From Minisyncoccota bacterium (lineage in GTDB: Bacteria; Patescibacteriota; Minisyncoccia; Phycocordibacterales; UBA9973), in contig JBAZSZ010000002.1 of the NCBI GenBank assembly GCA_041662205.1, positions 103,266-167,265 on the forward strand: 64,000 nucleotides of DNA. Direction: 5' to 3'. Positions within the stretch are counted from its first letter, which is position 1; the number at the start of each line of letters is the position of its first letter. Below, in pieces: positions 19,531 to 28,413 of this stretch. A program made the translations under genes and the position numbers. Below the pieces are notes generated by a model. The model was given only the letters and a program-made list of their open reading frames with translations, did no database searches and was not told the origin of the DNA.

Positions 19531-19567
19531 ATTGCAATTATAACAGTTTTGTGTTAATATTGTGAAT

Positions 19568-19831
19568 ATGTTAAACACCAAGAAAAAGCAAGCAGTAATA
19601 AAGAAAAATCAAATACACGAGAAAGACACAGGCTCTTCAGAGGTGCAGGTGGCTGTTTTGTCTACTCAGATTTCCGAATTGGCAAAACATTTAAAGAAAC
19701 ATAAAAAAGATAATCATTCTCGTCGAGGGTTGATCAAGATGGTCGCTGACAGACGTACTCATTTGAAATATTTGGAACGAAAAAGCAAGCCTCGTTACGC
19801 TGCATTGATGAAGAAAATGGATCTCGCGTAA
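19568..19831 (+). CDS. rpsO: 30S ribosomal protein S15
   Basis: [24 protein letters not shown]. Confidence 0.97.
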   Translation: MLNTKKKQAVIKKNQIHEKDTGSSEVQVAVLSTQISELAKHLKKHKKDNHSRRGLIKMVADRRTHLKYLERKSKPRYAALMKKMDLA

Positions 19832-19835
19832 AGGA

Positions 19836-19970
19836 AGGTTTTTAAAATTCTTTCTTGGCATACTTTTTATAAAGCAATCTATCTGGCGAAGCTTCGCCAG
19901 CGAACTGCTCGGCTCGTCAGCCTGCGCAAGGCTTTCTAAAAAATACGCCTGCAACAAATTTTAAAAATCT
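19836..19970 (+). repeat. Family C hairpin element, copy 1 (3' of rpsO)
   Basis: Core TTTATAAAGCAATCTATCTGG..CCAGCGAACTGCTCGGC.CGTC.GCCTGCGCAAGGCTTTCTAAA shared with 33333-33454; copy-specific arms. Confidence 0.88.
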
Positions 19971-19984
19971 GCTATAATACACAC

Positions 19985-20494
19985 ATGACAGTTATAAAAC
20001 ATAAAGAACAAAGAGTTGGGGTTTTTATTGATACTCAAAATTTATATCATAGTGCTCGCAATCTATATCAGGCGCGGGTTAATTTCGGTGCAGTTTTGAA
20101 AGATGCAGTAGCGGGGAGGAAGCTCGTGCGGGCAGTGGCTTATGTTATCACCACTGAAGCAGGAGATGAAAAGAATTTTTTTGAAGCGCTTTCGAAGCTT
20201 GGTATAGAAACCAAAACTAAAGACTTACAAATATTTGCTGGGGGTGCAAAAAAAGCGGATTGGGATGTAGGGCTCGCTGTGGATGCGATAAAAATGTCAC
20301 CCCGCCTCGATTCCGTGGTAATAATTTCTGGTGATGGAGACTTCATTCCATTAGTGGAATATTTACAGACGAATGGTGTACAAGTAGAAGTCGTTTCATT
20401 TGGTAAATCAACATCTAGTAAACTCCGTGAAGTGGTAGATGATTTTGTGGACCTATCTGAAAATCCTAGAAAATATTTAATGGGGGTGAAATAA
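19985..20494 (+). CDS. NYN domain (LabA/DUF88) protein
   Basis: VFIDTQNLYH, KADWDVGLAVD, SGDGDF. Confidence 0.92.
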   Translation: MTVIKHKEQRVGVFIDTQNLYHSARNLYQARVNFGAVLKDAVAGRKLVRAVAYVITTEAGDEKNFFEALSKLGIETKTKDLQIFAGGAKKADWDVGLAVDAIKMSPRLDSVVIISGDGDFIPLVEYLQTNGVQVEVVSFGKSTSSKLREVVDDFVDLSENPRKYLMGVK

Positions 20495-20570
20495 TTTCTA
20501 TCTTTTTGCTTTTTGGTTATAAAATGCTAGGATAAATAATAGTTCATTAAAATTATTTATTAGTTAATCA

Positions 20571-20648
20571 GGTTCGCGTTTAGACACAAAGTAGTGTTTC
20601 CACTTATTATTTAAGTTGTGAAACAACACTGTAGTCTGGATACGAACC
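20571..20648 (+). promoter_or_regulatory. Long imperfect stem-loop in the pnp 5' leader
   Basis: GGTTCG..TTTAGAC / GTCTGGA..CGAACC outer stem; AGTGTT / AACACT inner stem. Confidence 0.6.
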
Positions 20649-20676
20649 CTGCCCGCCTCTGGTGGGTGAAAAAAAG

Positions 20677-22791
20677 ATGCAAAAAAAAGAATATAGTGTA
20701 GAGATCGGAGGGAAAACATTGACTGCTATTTTTACTGATTTAGCAGAACAGGCACAAGGCTCTGTAATATTAAAATATGGAGAGACTATAGTCCTCGCCA
20801 CCGCCTGTATGTCGAAAGATAAACAACAAGGCTTGGGATTTTTTAATTTGACTGTTGACTATGTGGAGAAATTTTATGCAGCTGGAAAAATTTTAGGTTC
20901 TCGTTTTGTTCGCCGAGAAGGCAAGCCATCTGAAGAAGCGATCTTGGCTTGCCGAGTGATAGACCGCACTCTTCGTCCTCTCTTTGATCAAACGATGCGA
21001 CATGCGGTACAGATAATAGTGACAGTACTTTCAGTTGATGATAACGACCCGACTATTTTAGCTGTAAATGCAGCTTCTCTCGCTCTCGCTGTTTCTAATA
21101 TTCCATGGAATGGGCCTATTGGTTGTGTGCGCATTGGCAAGTATGACAACGATGACTTGAGGATTAATCCACCACAAAATTTACGAATAGACGAGGATAC
21201 TCAATATAAATTTGATCTGACTGTTTGCGGAAAAGACGGTAATATAAATATGATAGAAGCTTCTGCGCGCCAAAGTGAAGAGGAGGAATTAGAGTCTGCC
21301 TTGCAAAAAGCAAGTGAGGAAATAAAAAAGTTGGAAGATTTTCAAAAAAATATTATTAAAGAAATTGGCAAAGAAAAAAGAATCATAGAAAAAGAAAAAA
21401 TATCAGAAGAGTCAGTAGCTTTATTCAATGAAAATATTTTACCCAAGATGGAAGATGCTATTTTTGCGGGACCTGGTAAAACTAAAATTGAAGCATTGCA
21501 TAATGTTTGGAATAAAATGGTGAGGGATGGTTTTAAGGATCGTGAAGATTTTAGTTTGGAAGATAATTTATTTGATGATACAGAAAATGAAATTTTGCAT
21601 AAAAAAGCGATAGAAGAAAATAAGCGGGCAGATGGTAGGGGGATGGATGAACTTCGAGATCTATATGCGCAAGCAGGAGGTTTGTCATCACAGCTTCATG
21701 GTTCTGGAATTTTTTATCGTGGAGGCACCCATGTACTTTCGGTTTTAACTTTAGGAGGACCAGAAGATAGAAATTTGGTGGACGGTTTACAATTGAAAGT
21801 AGAAAAAAGATTTATGCATCATTACAATTTTCCGCCATACTCTGCGGGAGAAGTGGGAAGGGCAGGTTTTACTAATCGTCGAGAAGTCGGGCATGGAGCG
21901 CTCGCTCAAAAAGCTCTTGCCATGGTGTTGCCAGCTGTTTCCGAATTTCCATATACGATGCGTTTGGTTTCTGAATCAATGGCTTCAAATGGTTCAACCT
22001 CTCAAGCATCTATTTGTGCTTCCGTTCTTGCCTTGATGGATGGGGGAGTACCGATCTTAGCTCCTGTTGCTGGTATCGCTATGGGACTAATGTATGAGTC
22101 TGATGCAAAATATAAAATCTTAACGGATATTCAAGGCCCTGAAGATCATCATGGAGATATGGATTTTAAAATTGCAGGAACTAGAGAGGGAGTGACGGCT
22201 ATCCAGCTCGATGTAAAAGTGGAAGGTGTACCAATAAAAATATTAGGTGAAGCGATGAGACAATCTAAAGGTGCACGAGTGGCTATCATCGACAGAATTG
22301 AAAAAGAAATTTCAAAACCACGCTCAGATATTTCTCCAAATGCGCCAAAAATTTTGATTATCAAAATTGACCCGAATAAAATTGGTTTAGTAATAGGTGG
22401 TGGAGGAAAAACAATTAAAGAAATTAAAGAAAAATCTGGCGCTGAAATAACTATTGAAGATGATGGAACGGTATATTTGACAGGAAAAGATGGAGCAGCC
22501 GAAAAAGCAAAAGAGATAGTGGAAGAAATGACCCATGAATTTAAAGTTGGCGAAATGTTGAAAGGCGAGGTTGTAAAGATTGCTGACTTTGGAGCTTTTG
22601 TGGCCCTGAATCCTTTTACTGATGGCATGGTGCATATTTCTGAAATAGCACCATTTCGTGTTGAGAGAGTATCGGATATAATAAAAGAAGGTATGATAGT
22701 GCCAGTAAAGGTGATAAAGATAGATAGTGAGAGAGGTAAGATCAGCTTATCTATTAAAGAAGCAGATAAGGATTTCTTCAAAAAGCTTTAA
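20677..22791 (+). CDS. pnp: Polyribonucleotide nucleotidyltransferase
   Basis: RREGKPS, HHYNFPPYSAGE, RREVGHGALA, SNGSTSQAS, DHHGDMDFK, KH and S1 domains. Confidence 0.97.
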   Translation: MQKKEYSVEIGGKTLTAIFTDLAEQAQGSVILKYGETIVLATACMSKDKQQGLGFFNLTVDYVEKFYAAGKILGSRFVRREGKPSEEAILACRVIDRTLRPLFDQTMRHAVQIIVTVLSVDDNDPTILAVNAASLALAVSNIPWNGPIGCVRIGKYDNDDLRINPPQNLRIDEDTQYKFDLTVCGKDGNINMIEASARQSEEEELESALQKASEEIKKLEDFQKNIIKEIGKEKRIIEKEKISEESVALFNENILPKMEDAIFAGPGKTKIEALHNVWNKMVRDGFKDREDFSLEDNLFDDTENEILHKKAIEENKRADGRGMDELRDLYAQAGGLSSQLHGSGIFYRGGTHVLSVLTLGGPEDRNLVDGLQLKVEKRFMHHYNFPPYSAGEVGRAGFTNRREVGHGALAQKALAMVLPAVSEFPYTMRLVSESMASNGSTSQASICASVLALMDGGVPILAPVAGIAMGLMYESDAKYKILTDIQGPEDHHGDMDFKIAGTREGVTAIQLDVKVEGVPIKILGEAMRQSKGARVAIIDRIEKEISKPRSDISPNAPKILIIKIDPNKIGLVIGGGGKTIKEIKEKSGAEITIEDDGTVYLTGKDGAAEKAKEIVEEMTHEFKVGEMLKGEVVKIADFGAFVALNPFTDGMVHISEIAPFRVERVSDIIKEGMIVPVKVIKIDSERGKISLSIKEADKDFFKKL

Positions 22792-22905
22792 AATTCTTTA
22801 TTTTATAAACTTTTCTTTGGTACGGATTTTTTGAAGCTTAAAAAATCCTGAAGTTCTCGGCTCGTCAGCCTCGAAACCCCGCGAAAAGTTATATAATAAA
22901 GAATT
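22792..22905. repeat. Family B hairpin element, copy 1 (3' of pnp)
   Basis: Arms AATTCTTTATTTTATAAACTTTTC / GAAAAGTTATATAATAAAGAATT; core GGTACGGATTTTTT..AAAAAATCCTGAAGTTCTCGGCTCGTCAGCCTCGAAACCCC. Confidence 0.88.
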
Positions 22906-22913
22906 AACGCTAT

Positions 22914-23804
22914 ATGGAAAAAGATAATGAAATATTTCCCCACCCAACGGGTGTAGGCGGGGAACATAAAATAGTGGAGACTTTTGCCGGAGATATGGCA
23001 GAGATACTTGAAAATGACAGAGAGGGTTTGGTAAAAAAAATAATCCATAAGGAGAAAGAATATGAAGAGAAAAAGAAAAACTTTTCTCCAGAATCAAAGG
23101 AAAATAAACTTTTTATGTTTGTTAGTTTTTTATTTTTATTTTTTGCTTTATTAATTTTATTTTTTTTCTTTGTTAAAAAAGAAAATAATGTAGTGCAAGT
23201 TGAAAAAAGATTTACCCCTATTATTTTTAACGACCGGAATACCTTTTTAGAAGTTTCAGAACTTAAAAAAGAAGAAATAGCGCAGACTGTTTTAGGAGAA
23301 ATCAATACTACTAAAGTAAAAGTAGGAGGAGTCGAAGGAATTTATCTAACAGAAAACAAACAAATCATCGGATTCAGAAGATTTCTCACTTTAATTAAGA
23401 GTAATTTTGTTAGCAATATTTCTTTGAGCGACAACACACTTTTTTTTAATGACAATTTCTTATTGGGTGGGGTGATTCTTGAATCTAAGAACTTTTTTAT
23501 CTTACTCAAAGTACGTTCTTTTGCTGATGTTTTTGATGCCCTACATTCATGGGAGGAGAAAATGTTTTTTGATCTGAATGGATTTTTTGGATTGAATCTT
23601 TCAGCTGATACTAATTATCTTTTAACGAAAGAATTTCAAGATGGGATCGTTGAAAATAAAAATGCTCGTATTCTTTATGATAAAGACAATAAAGCAGTTT
23701 TAATGTATGTTTTTGGAGATGATAATTCTGTTGTTATCTCTAACTCACAAAACGCAGTACATGAGATTATGTTGCGTCTCGCTTCTGCTCAAAAAAAGCA
23801 ATAA
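22914..23804 (+). CDS. Single-TM hypothetical protein
   Basis: 296-aa ORF with a TM helix and a C-terminal F.D...NKNARIL motif. Confidence 0.75.
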   Translation: MEKDNEIFPHPTGVGGEHKIVETFAGDMAEILENDREGLVKKIIHKEKEYEEKKKNFSPESKENKLFMFVSFLFLFFALLILFFFFVKKENNVVQVEKRFTPIIFNDRNTFLEVSELKKEEIAQTVLGEINTTKVKVGGVEGIYLTENKQIIGFRRFLTLIKSNFVSNISLSDNTLFFNDNFLLGGVILESKNFFILLKVRSFADVFDALHSWEEKMFFDLNGFFGLNLSADTNYLLTKEFQDGIVENKNARILYDKDNKAVLMYVFGDDNSVVISNSQNAVHEIMLRLASAQKKQ

Positions 23805-23807
23805 GAT

Positions 23808-24887
23808 TTAATGTTTTATTTTTTTGATTTTTTCCCAAGGAAAATTTTTCTTGCCAAAATGGCCATATATAGCAGTCTGCTCATATATGGGTTTTTGGAG
23901 ACTCAGAGTTTTGATTATAGCGAGTGGTTTAAAGTCAAAATTTTGGCGGACAATTTTTGATAAATCTTCCCCTTTTTCATTTATTGCTTCTATCATCAGA
24001 GGTTCAGCCATACCTATAGCGTAAGCGACAGATACCAATATTTCTTTGCCGTATCCTGATGCTACTAAACTTTTGGCAACAAAACGCGCCATATAAGCAC
24101 CGGAGCGATCCACCTTTGTAGCGTCTTTTCCAGAAAAACATCCGCCTCCGTGGGGAATGAGCGCGCCATAAGTGTCTACTATTATTTTTCTTCCAGTTAA
24201 CCCTGTATCTGCTGCAAAACCACCGGAAGTAAATTTGTCTGTCGGATTTACTAAAATTTTTACTGTTTTTCGCTCTTCGGGAGATAGAAGGGGATTGATT
24301 ATTTTTTTTGTAATTTCTTTTTTTATTTCTTCCAAGGTAACATCTGGTGAATGTTGAGTACTCACTAATACAGTATGCAGTTTTCCATTAGTATAAGTTA
24401 CTTGTGTTTTGCCATCTGGTTGGAGCCATTTTATTTTTTTATTTTTATCAGTACTTTTTCTTGTCTCTTCTAAGCGTCTGGCAAGTTTGTGTGCTAACAC
24501 TACTCCTTTTGGTAAGAATTCCGGTGTTTCATTTGTGGCATATCCATACATAATGCCTTGATCTCCTGCTCCACCAATATCTACTCCTTTCGCTATATCA
24601 GGAGATTGAGTGACTATATGCGCAGAGATATTAAGTTTGTCTGTATAGCCAATTTTTTGATATACATTTTTTGCGATTTTGACATAATCTACCTTTCCTT
24701 TGGAAGTTACTTCTCCGCCGATGACAAGCTTGCCATGGCCACCAAAAATTTCTACGGCTACACGGCTTTTTGGATCTATTTTTAAATACGCATCTAAAAT
24801 AGCGTCTGATATTTGATCACAGATTTTATCTGGATGACCGGAAGTTACACTCTCGACGGTGTAATTGTTGCTGTGTTTGTAAAACAT
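23808..24887 (-). CDS. metK: S-adenosylmethionine synthetase
   Basis: ESVTSGHPDKICDQISD, GAGDQG, GLTGRKIIVDTYG, GGGCFSGKD.TKVDRS. Confidence 0.97.
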   Translation of the reverse strand: MFYKHSNNYTVESVTSGHPDKICDQISDAILDAYLKIDPKSRVAVEIFGGHGKLVIGGEVTSKGKVDYVKIAKNVYQKIGYTDKLNISAHIVTQSPDIAKGVDIGGAGDQGIMYGYATNETPEFLPKGVVLAHKLARRLEETRKSTDKNKKIKWLQPDGKTQVTYTNGKLHTVLVSTQHSPDVTLEEIKKEITKKIINPLLSPEERKTVKILVNPTDKFTSGGFAADTGLTGRKIIVDTYGALIPHGGGCFSGKDATKVDRSGAYMARFVAKSLVASGYGKEILVSVAYAIGMAEPLMIEAINEKGEDLSKIVRQNFDFKPLAIIKTLSLQKPIYEQTAIYGHFGKKNFPWEKIKKIKH

Positions 24888-24902
24888 GATAGGAGTATAA
24901 CA

Positions 24903-24954
24903 TTTCCCCCACCCCAGGGATAGGGGAAATCCCCTATCCCTGGGGTGGGGGAAA
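24903..24954. repeat. Perfect 25-bp-arm GC-rich palindrome between divergent metK and dksA-like genes
   Basis: TTTCCCCCACCCCAGGGATAGGGGA-AA-TCCCCTATCCCTGGGGTGGGGGAAA. Confidence 0.95.
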
Positions 24955-24989
24955 CTTGCTATGAAAATATGAAATGTTATGATTGTGGC

Positions 24990-25346
24990 ATGTTAGACAA
25001 GAAAAAAATTAAAGAGAAATTAGAAAAAGAAAGAGATGTTTTGCTTGAGCAGATGAAGGACTGGGGCAAATTAAATGGAGAGACAGGAGAGTGGGAAGCG
25101 ATTCCGGAAGTATTGGAATTTCCGGAAACTGATGAAAATGATAAAGCCGACCGGTTCGAGAATTTTGAAGCTAGAAGTTCTATGATCAGAACCCTAGAGC
25201 CAAGATTAAATATTATTTTAAAATCATTGAAAGGAATAAATAGAGAGTCTTTTGGAAAGTGTGTAGTTTGTGGAAAATTTATTGAAATGGCGCGCTTGGA
25301 AGCAAATCCTGCTGCTCAGACATGTAAGAAACATTTAGAAAGTTAA
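24990..25346 (+). CDS. DksA/TraR C4 zinc-finger protein
   Basis: DENDKAD coiled-coil tip; FGKCVVCG..I...RLEANPAAQTCKKH. Confidence 0.85.
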   Translation: MLDKKKIKEKLEKERDVLLEQMKDWGKLNGETGEWEAIPEVLEFPETDENDKADRFENFEARSSMIRTLEPRLNIILKSLKGINRESFGKCVVCGKFIEMARLEANPAAQTCKKHLES

Positions 25347-25349
25347 TTT

Positions 25350-26966
25350 ATGAGTTTTGCCAAAGTTTATTCAGCGCAAGTTAATTTACTCAAGGGTTCT
25401 ATCGTGACTATTGAAGTAGATCTCTCAAAAGGGCTCCACTCTTTTAGCTTGGTTGGTTTGCCGGACAAAGCGGTGGATGAATCCAAAGATAGAGTAAGCG
25501 GAGCCATAAAAAATTCTGGCTTTAAATCTCCCAAAGCAAAAAATCAAAAGATAATAGTTTCGCTTTCACCGGCTGATTTGAAAAAGGAGGGCCCTTTTTT
25601 TGATTTAGGAATTGCTTTGTCTTATATGCTAGCGGCGGGTGACGTGAAATTTGATTCAGAGAAAAAGATTTTTTTAGGAGAGCTGGGGCTCGATGGAACT
25701 TTGCGGAAAATCCGTGGGGCCTTACCACTTGCGCAAGAAGCTAAAAGACTTGGTTTTGAAGAAATATATTTACCAAAAGAAAATGCAGTCGAGGCGGCGT
25801 TAGTGGAAGGCATAAAAATTTTTGGAGCAAATAGTTTGCAGGAAGTGGTGAGGCATCTAAGCCCCAATGAGGCCAGCAAAATTTTTTCGGGTCCTCGGTC
25901 TGAAGCCAGACCAGCTCAAAAATCTTCTAGCCTCATTGAGGCTGGAGGATTAATTAATATTCAGCCGCAAACAAAAATAAATTATAAAAAAGAAATATCA
26001 CGGATTGATTTTTCAGATATTCGTGGGCAAGAGGGAGCCAAGCGAGGTTTGGAAATTGCGGCAGCTGGCGGACACAATATCGCCATGTATGGCCCACCGG
26101 GCACAGGTAAGACGATGCTTGCTCGGGCATTTTCTCAACTACTACCAGATTTAGATCTTGATGAGGTTTTAGAAATTACAGGCATTCACTCAGTAGCAGG
26201 AAATACAAATGGAGAGTTAGTTTGTTTTCCTCCATTTCGTTCCCCGCATCATACTTCGTCCTATGTTTCTATTATCGGTGGAGGGACATATCCAAAGCCC
26301 GGAGAAGTGACGCTCGCACATCGCGGAGTTTTATTTTTAGATGAATTTCCAGAATTTGAAAAAAGAGTGATCGAATCTCTGCGCCAGCCACTCGAAGACA
26401 ACATTGTTTCAATTTCGCGCGCCAAAGGAAATGCTTGTTTTCCTTCAAATTTTATTTTAGTCGCGGCGATGAATCCTTGTCCTTGTGGGAACGCGACTTC
26501 GAAACAAAAAGCATGCATTTGCAAACCGTCCGACTTAGATAGATATAAAAGAAAATTGTCTGGACCGATTGTGGATCGTATCGATCTCTGGGTTTCTGTC
26601 GGTAACGTTGATTATAAAAAATTAGGAGGCGATGGGGATGGCGAGAAAAGTGAAAAGATAAAAGAAAGAATAATCAAAGCGCGAGAAAACCAAAAAAATA
26701 GATTTAAAAAATTTGAGAAAGATATTAAGAAAAAAATCACAACTAATAGTGAGATGAATGTAAAAGATCTAGGTATGATGGTGCCACTCGGTGGCAAAGT
26801 GAGAGACTTGCTCGATGATAGTGCAGAACGTTTGAGCTTGTCTGCTCGCGCCTATCATCGGATAATTAAAATAGCATGCACGATAGCAGACTTGGAAAAT
26901 TCTCCTGAGGTAGAAGAGCATCATATTTTAGAAGCGATACAATATCGACCGAAAGTTAATAACTAG
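25350..26966 (+). CDS. comM: ComM/YifB Mg-chelatase-like AAA+ protein with an in-frame repeat insertion
   Basis: VGLPDKAVDESKDRV, GPPGTGKTMLA, PFRSPHH, PGEVTLAHRGVLFLDE, AMNPCPCG. Confidence 0.95.
   Translation: MSFAKVYSAQVNLLKGSIVTIEVDLSKGLHSFSLVGLPDKAVDESKDRVSGAIKNSGFKSPKAKNQKIIVSLSPADLKKEGPFFDLGIALSYMLAAGDVKFDSEKKIFLGELGLDGTLRKIRGALPLAQEAKRLGFEEIYLPKENAVEAALVEGIKIFGANSLQEVVRHLSPNEASKIFSGPRSEARPAQKSSSLIEAGGLINIQPQTKINYKKEISRIDFSDIRGQEGAKRGLEIAAAGGHNIAMYGPPGTGKTMLARAFSQLLPDLDLDEVLEITGIHSVAGNTNGELVCFPPFRSPHHTSSYVSIIGGGTYPKPGEVTLAHRGVLFLDEFPEFEKRVIESLRQPLEDNIVSISRAKGNACFPSNFILVAAMNPCPCGNATSKQKACICKPSDLDRYKRKLSGPIVDRIDLWVSVGNVDYKKLGGDGDGEKSEKIKERIIKARENQKNRFKKFEKDIKKKITTNSEMNVKDLGMMVPLGGKVRDLLDDSAERLSLSARAYHRIIKIACTIADLENSPEVEEHHILEAIQYRPKVNN
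25860..25943. repeat. Family A hairpin element, copy 5 (short core, in-frame in comM)
   Basis: Arms AGCCCCAATGAGGC..ATTTTT / AAAAAT..GCCTCATTGAGGCT; reverse-complemented core TGGTCTGGC-TTCA-GACCGAGGACC lacks the inner CGGGATAGGGACCCG stem. Confidence 0.8.
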
Positions 26967-26984
26967 TTATCCACAGTACCTTTG

Positions 26985-27014
26985 TTGACAAGTGAACGCT
27001 TGTTCACTTATACT
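26985..27014 (+). promoter_or_regulatory. Sigma70 promoter with a LexA-box-like palindrome in the spacer
   Basis: TTGACA 26985-26990 and TATACT 27009-27014; AAGTGAAC-GCTT-GTTCACTT 26990-27009 (GAAC-N4-GTTC). Confidence 0.8.
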
Positions 27015-27065
27015 ATATTTACGACCAAGTCGCGGGTCAAATTAGTAAAAATAATAAATAAACAT

Positions 27066-27272
27066 ATGAGTCAATCACAATATTTAAAAATGCTAGAGAA
27101 GGAAATACAAAAAATCAATAAAAAAATTGATTTGAAAATTCTCCAGGGGCAAGATTATCGAAAGGAAGCAAGAGATCATAAATTGCTTTTAAAAAAAGTT
27201 CGTTATAACTCTAGAGTTAGTTTGACGAACAGATTTGTTACTCTATTCTTCAGAACAAACATCTATGCATAA
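27066..27272 (+). CDS. Small basic hypothetical protein co-transcribed with lexA
   Basis: 68-aa ORF from the ATG at 27066; its stop overlaps the lexA start. Confidence 0.7.
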   Translation: MSQSQYLKMLEKEIQKINKKIDLKILQGQDYRKEARDHKLLLKKVRYNSRVSLTNRFVTLFFRTNIYA

Positions 27273-27843
27273 TTCCTATCAGGAAAAGATTGAATCTTTT
27301 TATAAAGAGAATAAAAGAATGCCAGCATACTCTGAAATGATGAAGTTATTCGGTTTCAAATCAAAGAATGCTGTGTTTCGAGTGGTGGAGAAGTTGATTA
27401 ACATGAATATGGTTGAGAAGGATCATTTGGGTAGATTAATCCCATCTGAAACATTTACAGAAAATATTTCTAGTATTCCCATGCTTGGTTTTGTCACGGC
27501 TGGATTTCCGGCAACGGTGGAAGAAGAGTTGGCAGATAAAGTAAATTTGGATGATCTTTTAATAAAAAATAAGCCGCTAACATATATGCTTGAGGTAGAT
27601 GGAGATTCAATGATCGATGCCCACATAAAACCTGGGGACATGGTACTCGTAGAAAAAACAAATACCGCTCGCGACGGGCAGATAGTTATTGCTGAAGTAG
27701 ATGGAGAATTTACGATGAAATATTTTCGCAAAACTGTTACAAAAGTCTGGCTCGAACCAGCGAATAAAAATTATAAACCGATTTATCCAAAACATTCGCT
27801 AAACATTAATGCAGTAGTTAAGGCGGTTATAAGGAAATATTAA
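27265..27843 (+). CDS. lexA: LexA family repressor (S24 peptidase)
   Basis: N-terminal wHTH (MPAYSEMMKLFGFKSKNAV), AG cleavage site (VTAGFP), GDSM catalytic Ser, FTMKY catalytic Lys. Confidence 0.9.
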   Translation: MHNSYQEKIESFYKENKRMPAYSEMMKLFGFKSKNAVFRVVEKLINMNMVEKDHLGRLIPSETFTENISSIPMLGFVTAGFPATVEEELADKVNLDDLLIKNKPLTYMLEVDGDSMIDAHIKPGDMVLVEKTNTARDGQIVIAEVDGEFTMKYFRKTVTKVWLEPANKNYKPIYPKHSLNINAVVKAVIRKY

Positions 27844-27850
27844 TTTATAG

Positions 27851-27887
27851 AAAATAAAAAATCCCCATTAAGGGGATTTTTTATTTT
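27851..27887. terminator. Bidirectional intrinsic terminator between convergent lexA and hup
   Basis: AAAATAAAAAATCCCC-ATTAA-GGGGATTTTTTATTTT. Confidence 0.85.
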
Positions 27888-27902
27888 ATCTCGAGATAAA
27901 AT

Positions 27903-28175
27903 TTAGGCAACCATGTCTTTCAAACCTTTTGCAGGTCGGAATTTTGGAACTTTCTTTGCAGCTACTTTTACTTGCTCTCCAGTCTTTGGATTGCGAGCCA
28001 TTCTTGCAGCTCTTGCCTTTACGGAAAAGATTCCGAATCCAGCGATTGAAACTTCACCACCCTTTTTCAAGGTCTGGATGATAGCGTCAAACATTGAATC
28101 AACGATTTCCTCAGCTTGTACTTTTGTACCACCGAGCTTTCCATGTACTAATTCGGCTAATGCTTGTTTATTCAT
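27903..28175 (-). CDS. hup: DNA-binding protein HU
   Basis: MNKQALAE...GFGIFSV..RAARMARNPKTGE...PKFRPAKGLKD. Confidence 0.96.
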   Translation of the reverse strand: MNKQALAELVHGKLGGTKVQAEEIVDSMFDAIIQTLKKGGEVSIAGFGIFSVKARAARMARNPKTGEQVKVAAKKVPKFRPAKGLKDMVA

Positions 28176-28280
28176 ATATATTTTAAGTTGATATTTATAA
28201 TATTTCGACCAATTAACCCTTATTTTTGATACCTCTACATTATATATCAAGGGTTTTTTAAGGCAAGTCTTTTGAAAAAT

Positions 28281-28413
28281 TAAAAAATCTTTATAAATAC
28301 CAATCTTTTTAGGGTACAGATTTTTCAATAAAAGATTAGACTTAAAAAATCCTGAAGTTTGCTCGCCGTCGCTCGCAAAACCCCCTAAAAAAATTGTATT
28401 TAAAAGATTTTTA
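28281..28413. repeat. Family B hairpin element, copy 2 (between rny and hup)
   Basis: Arms AAAAATCTTTATAAATAC..TTTTTAGGG / CCCTAAAAA..GTATTTAAAAGATTTTT; core GGTACAGATTTTT...AAAAAATCCTGAAGTTTGCTCGCCGTCGCTCGCAAAACCCC. Confidence 0.8.

Noticed and set aside
24888-24989. SAM riboswitch upstream of metK
   Set aside because: No SAM-I/II consensus is visible; the gap is filled by a perfect palindrome and promoter-like motifs
4589-25943. Family A inserts as inteins, group I/II introns or hammerhead ribozymes
   Set aside because: They are far too short and lack intein termini, intron consensus or a CUGAUGA..GAAA core; they also occur in both orientations
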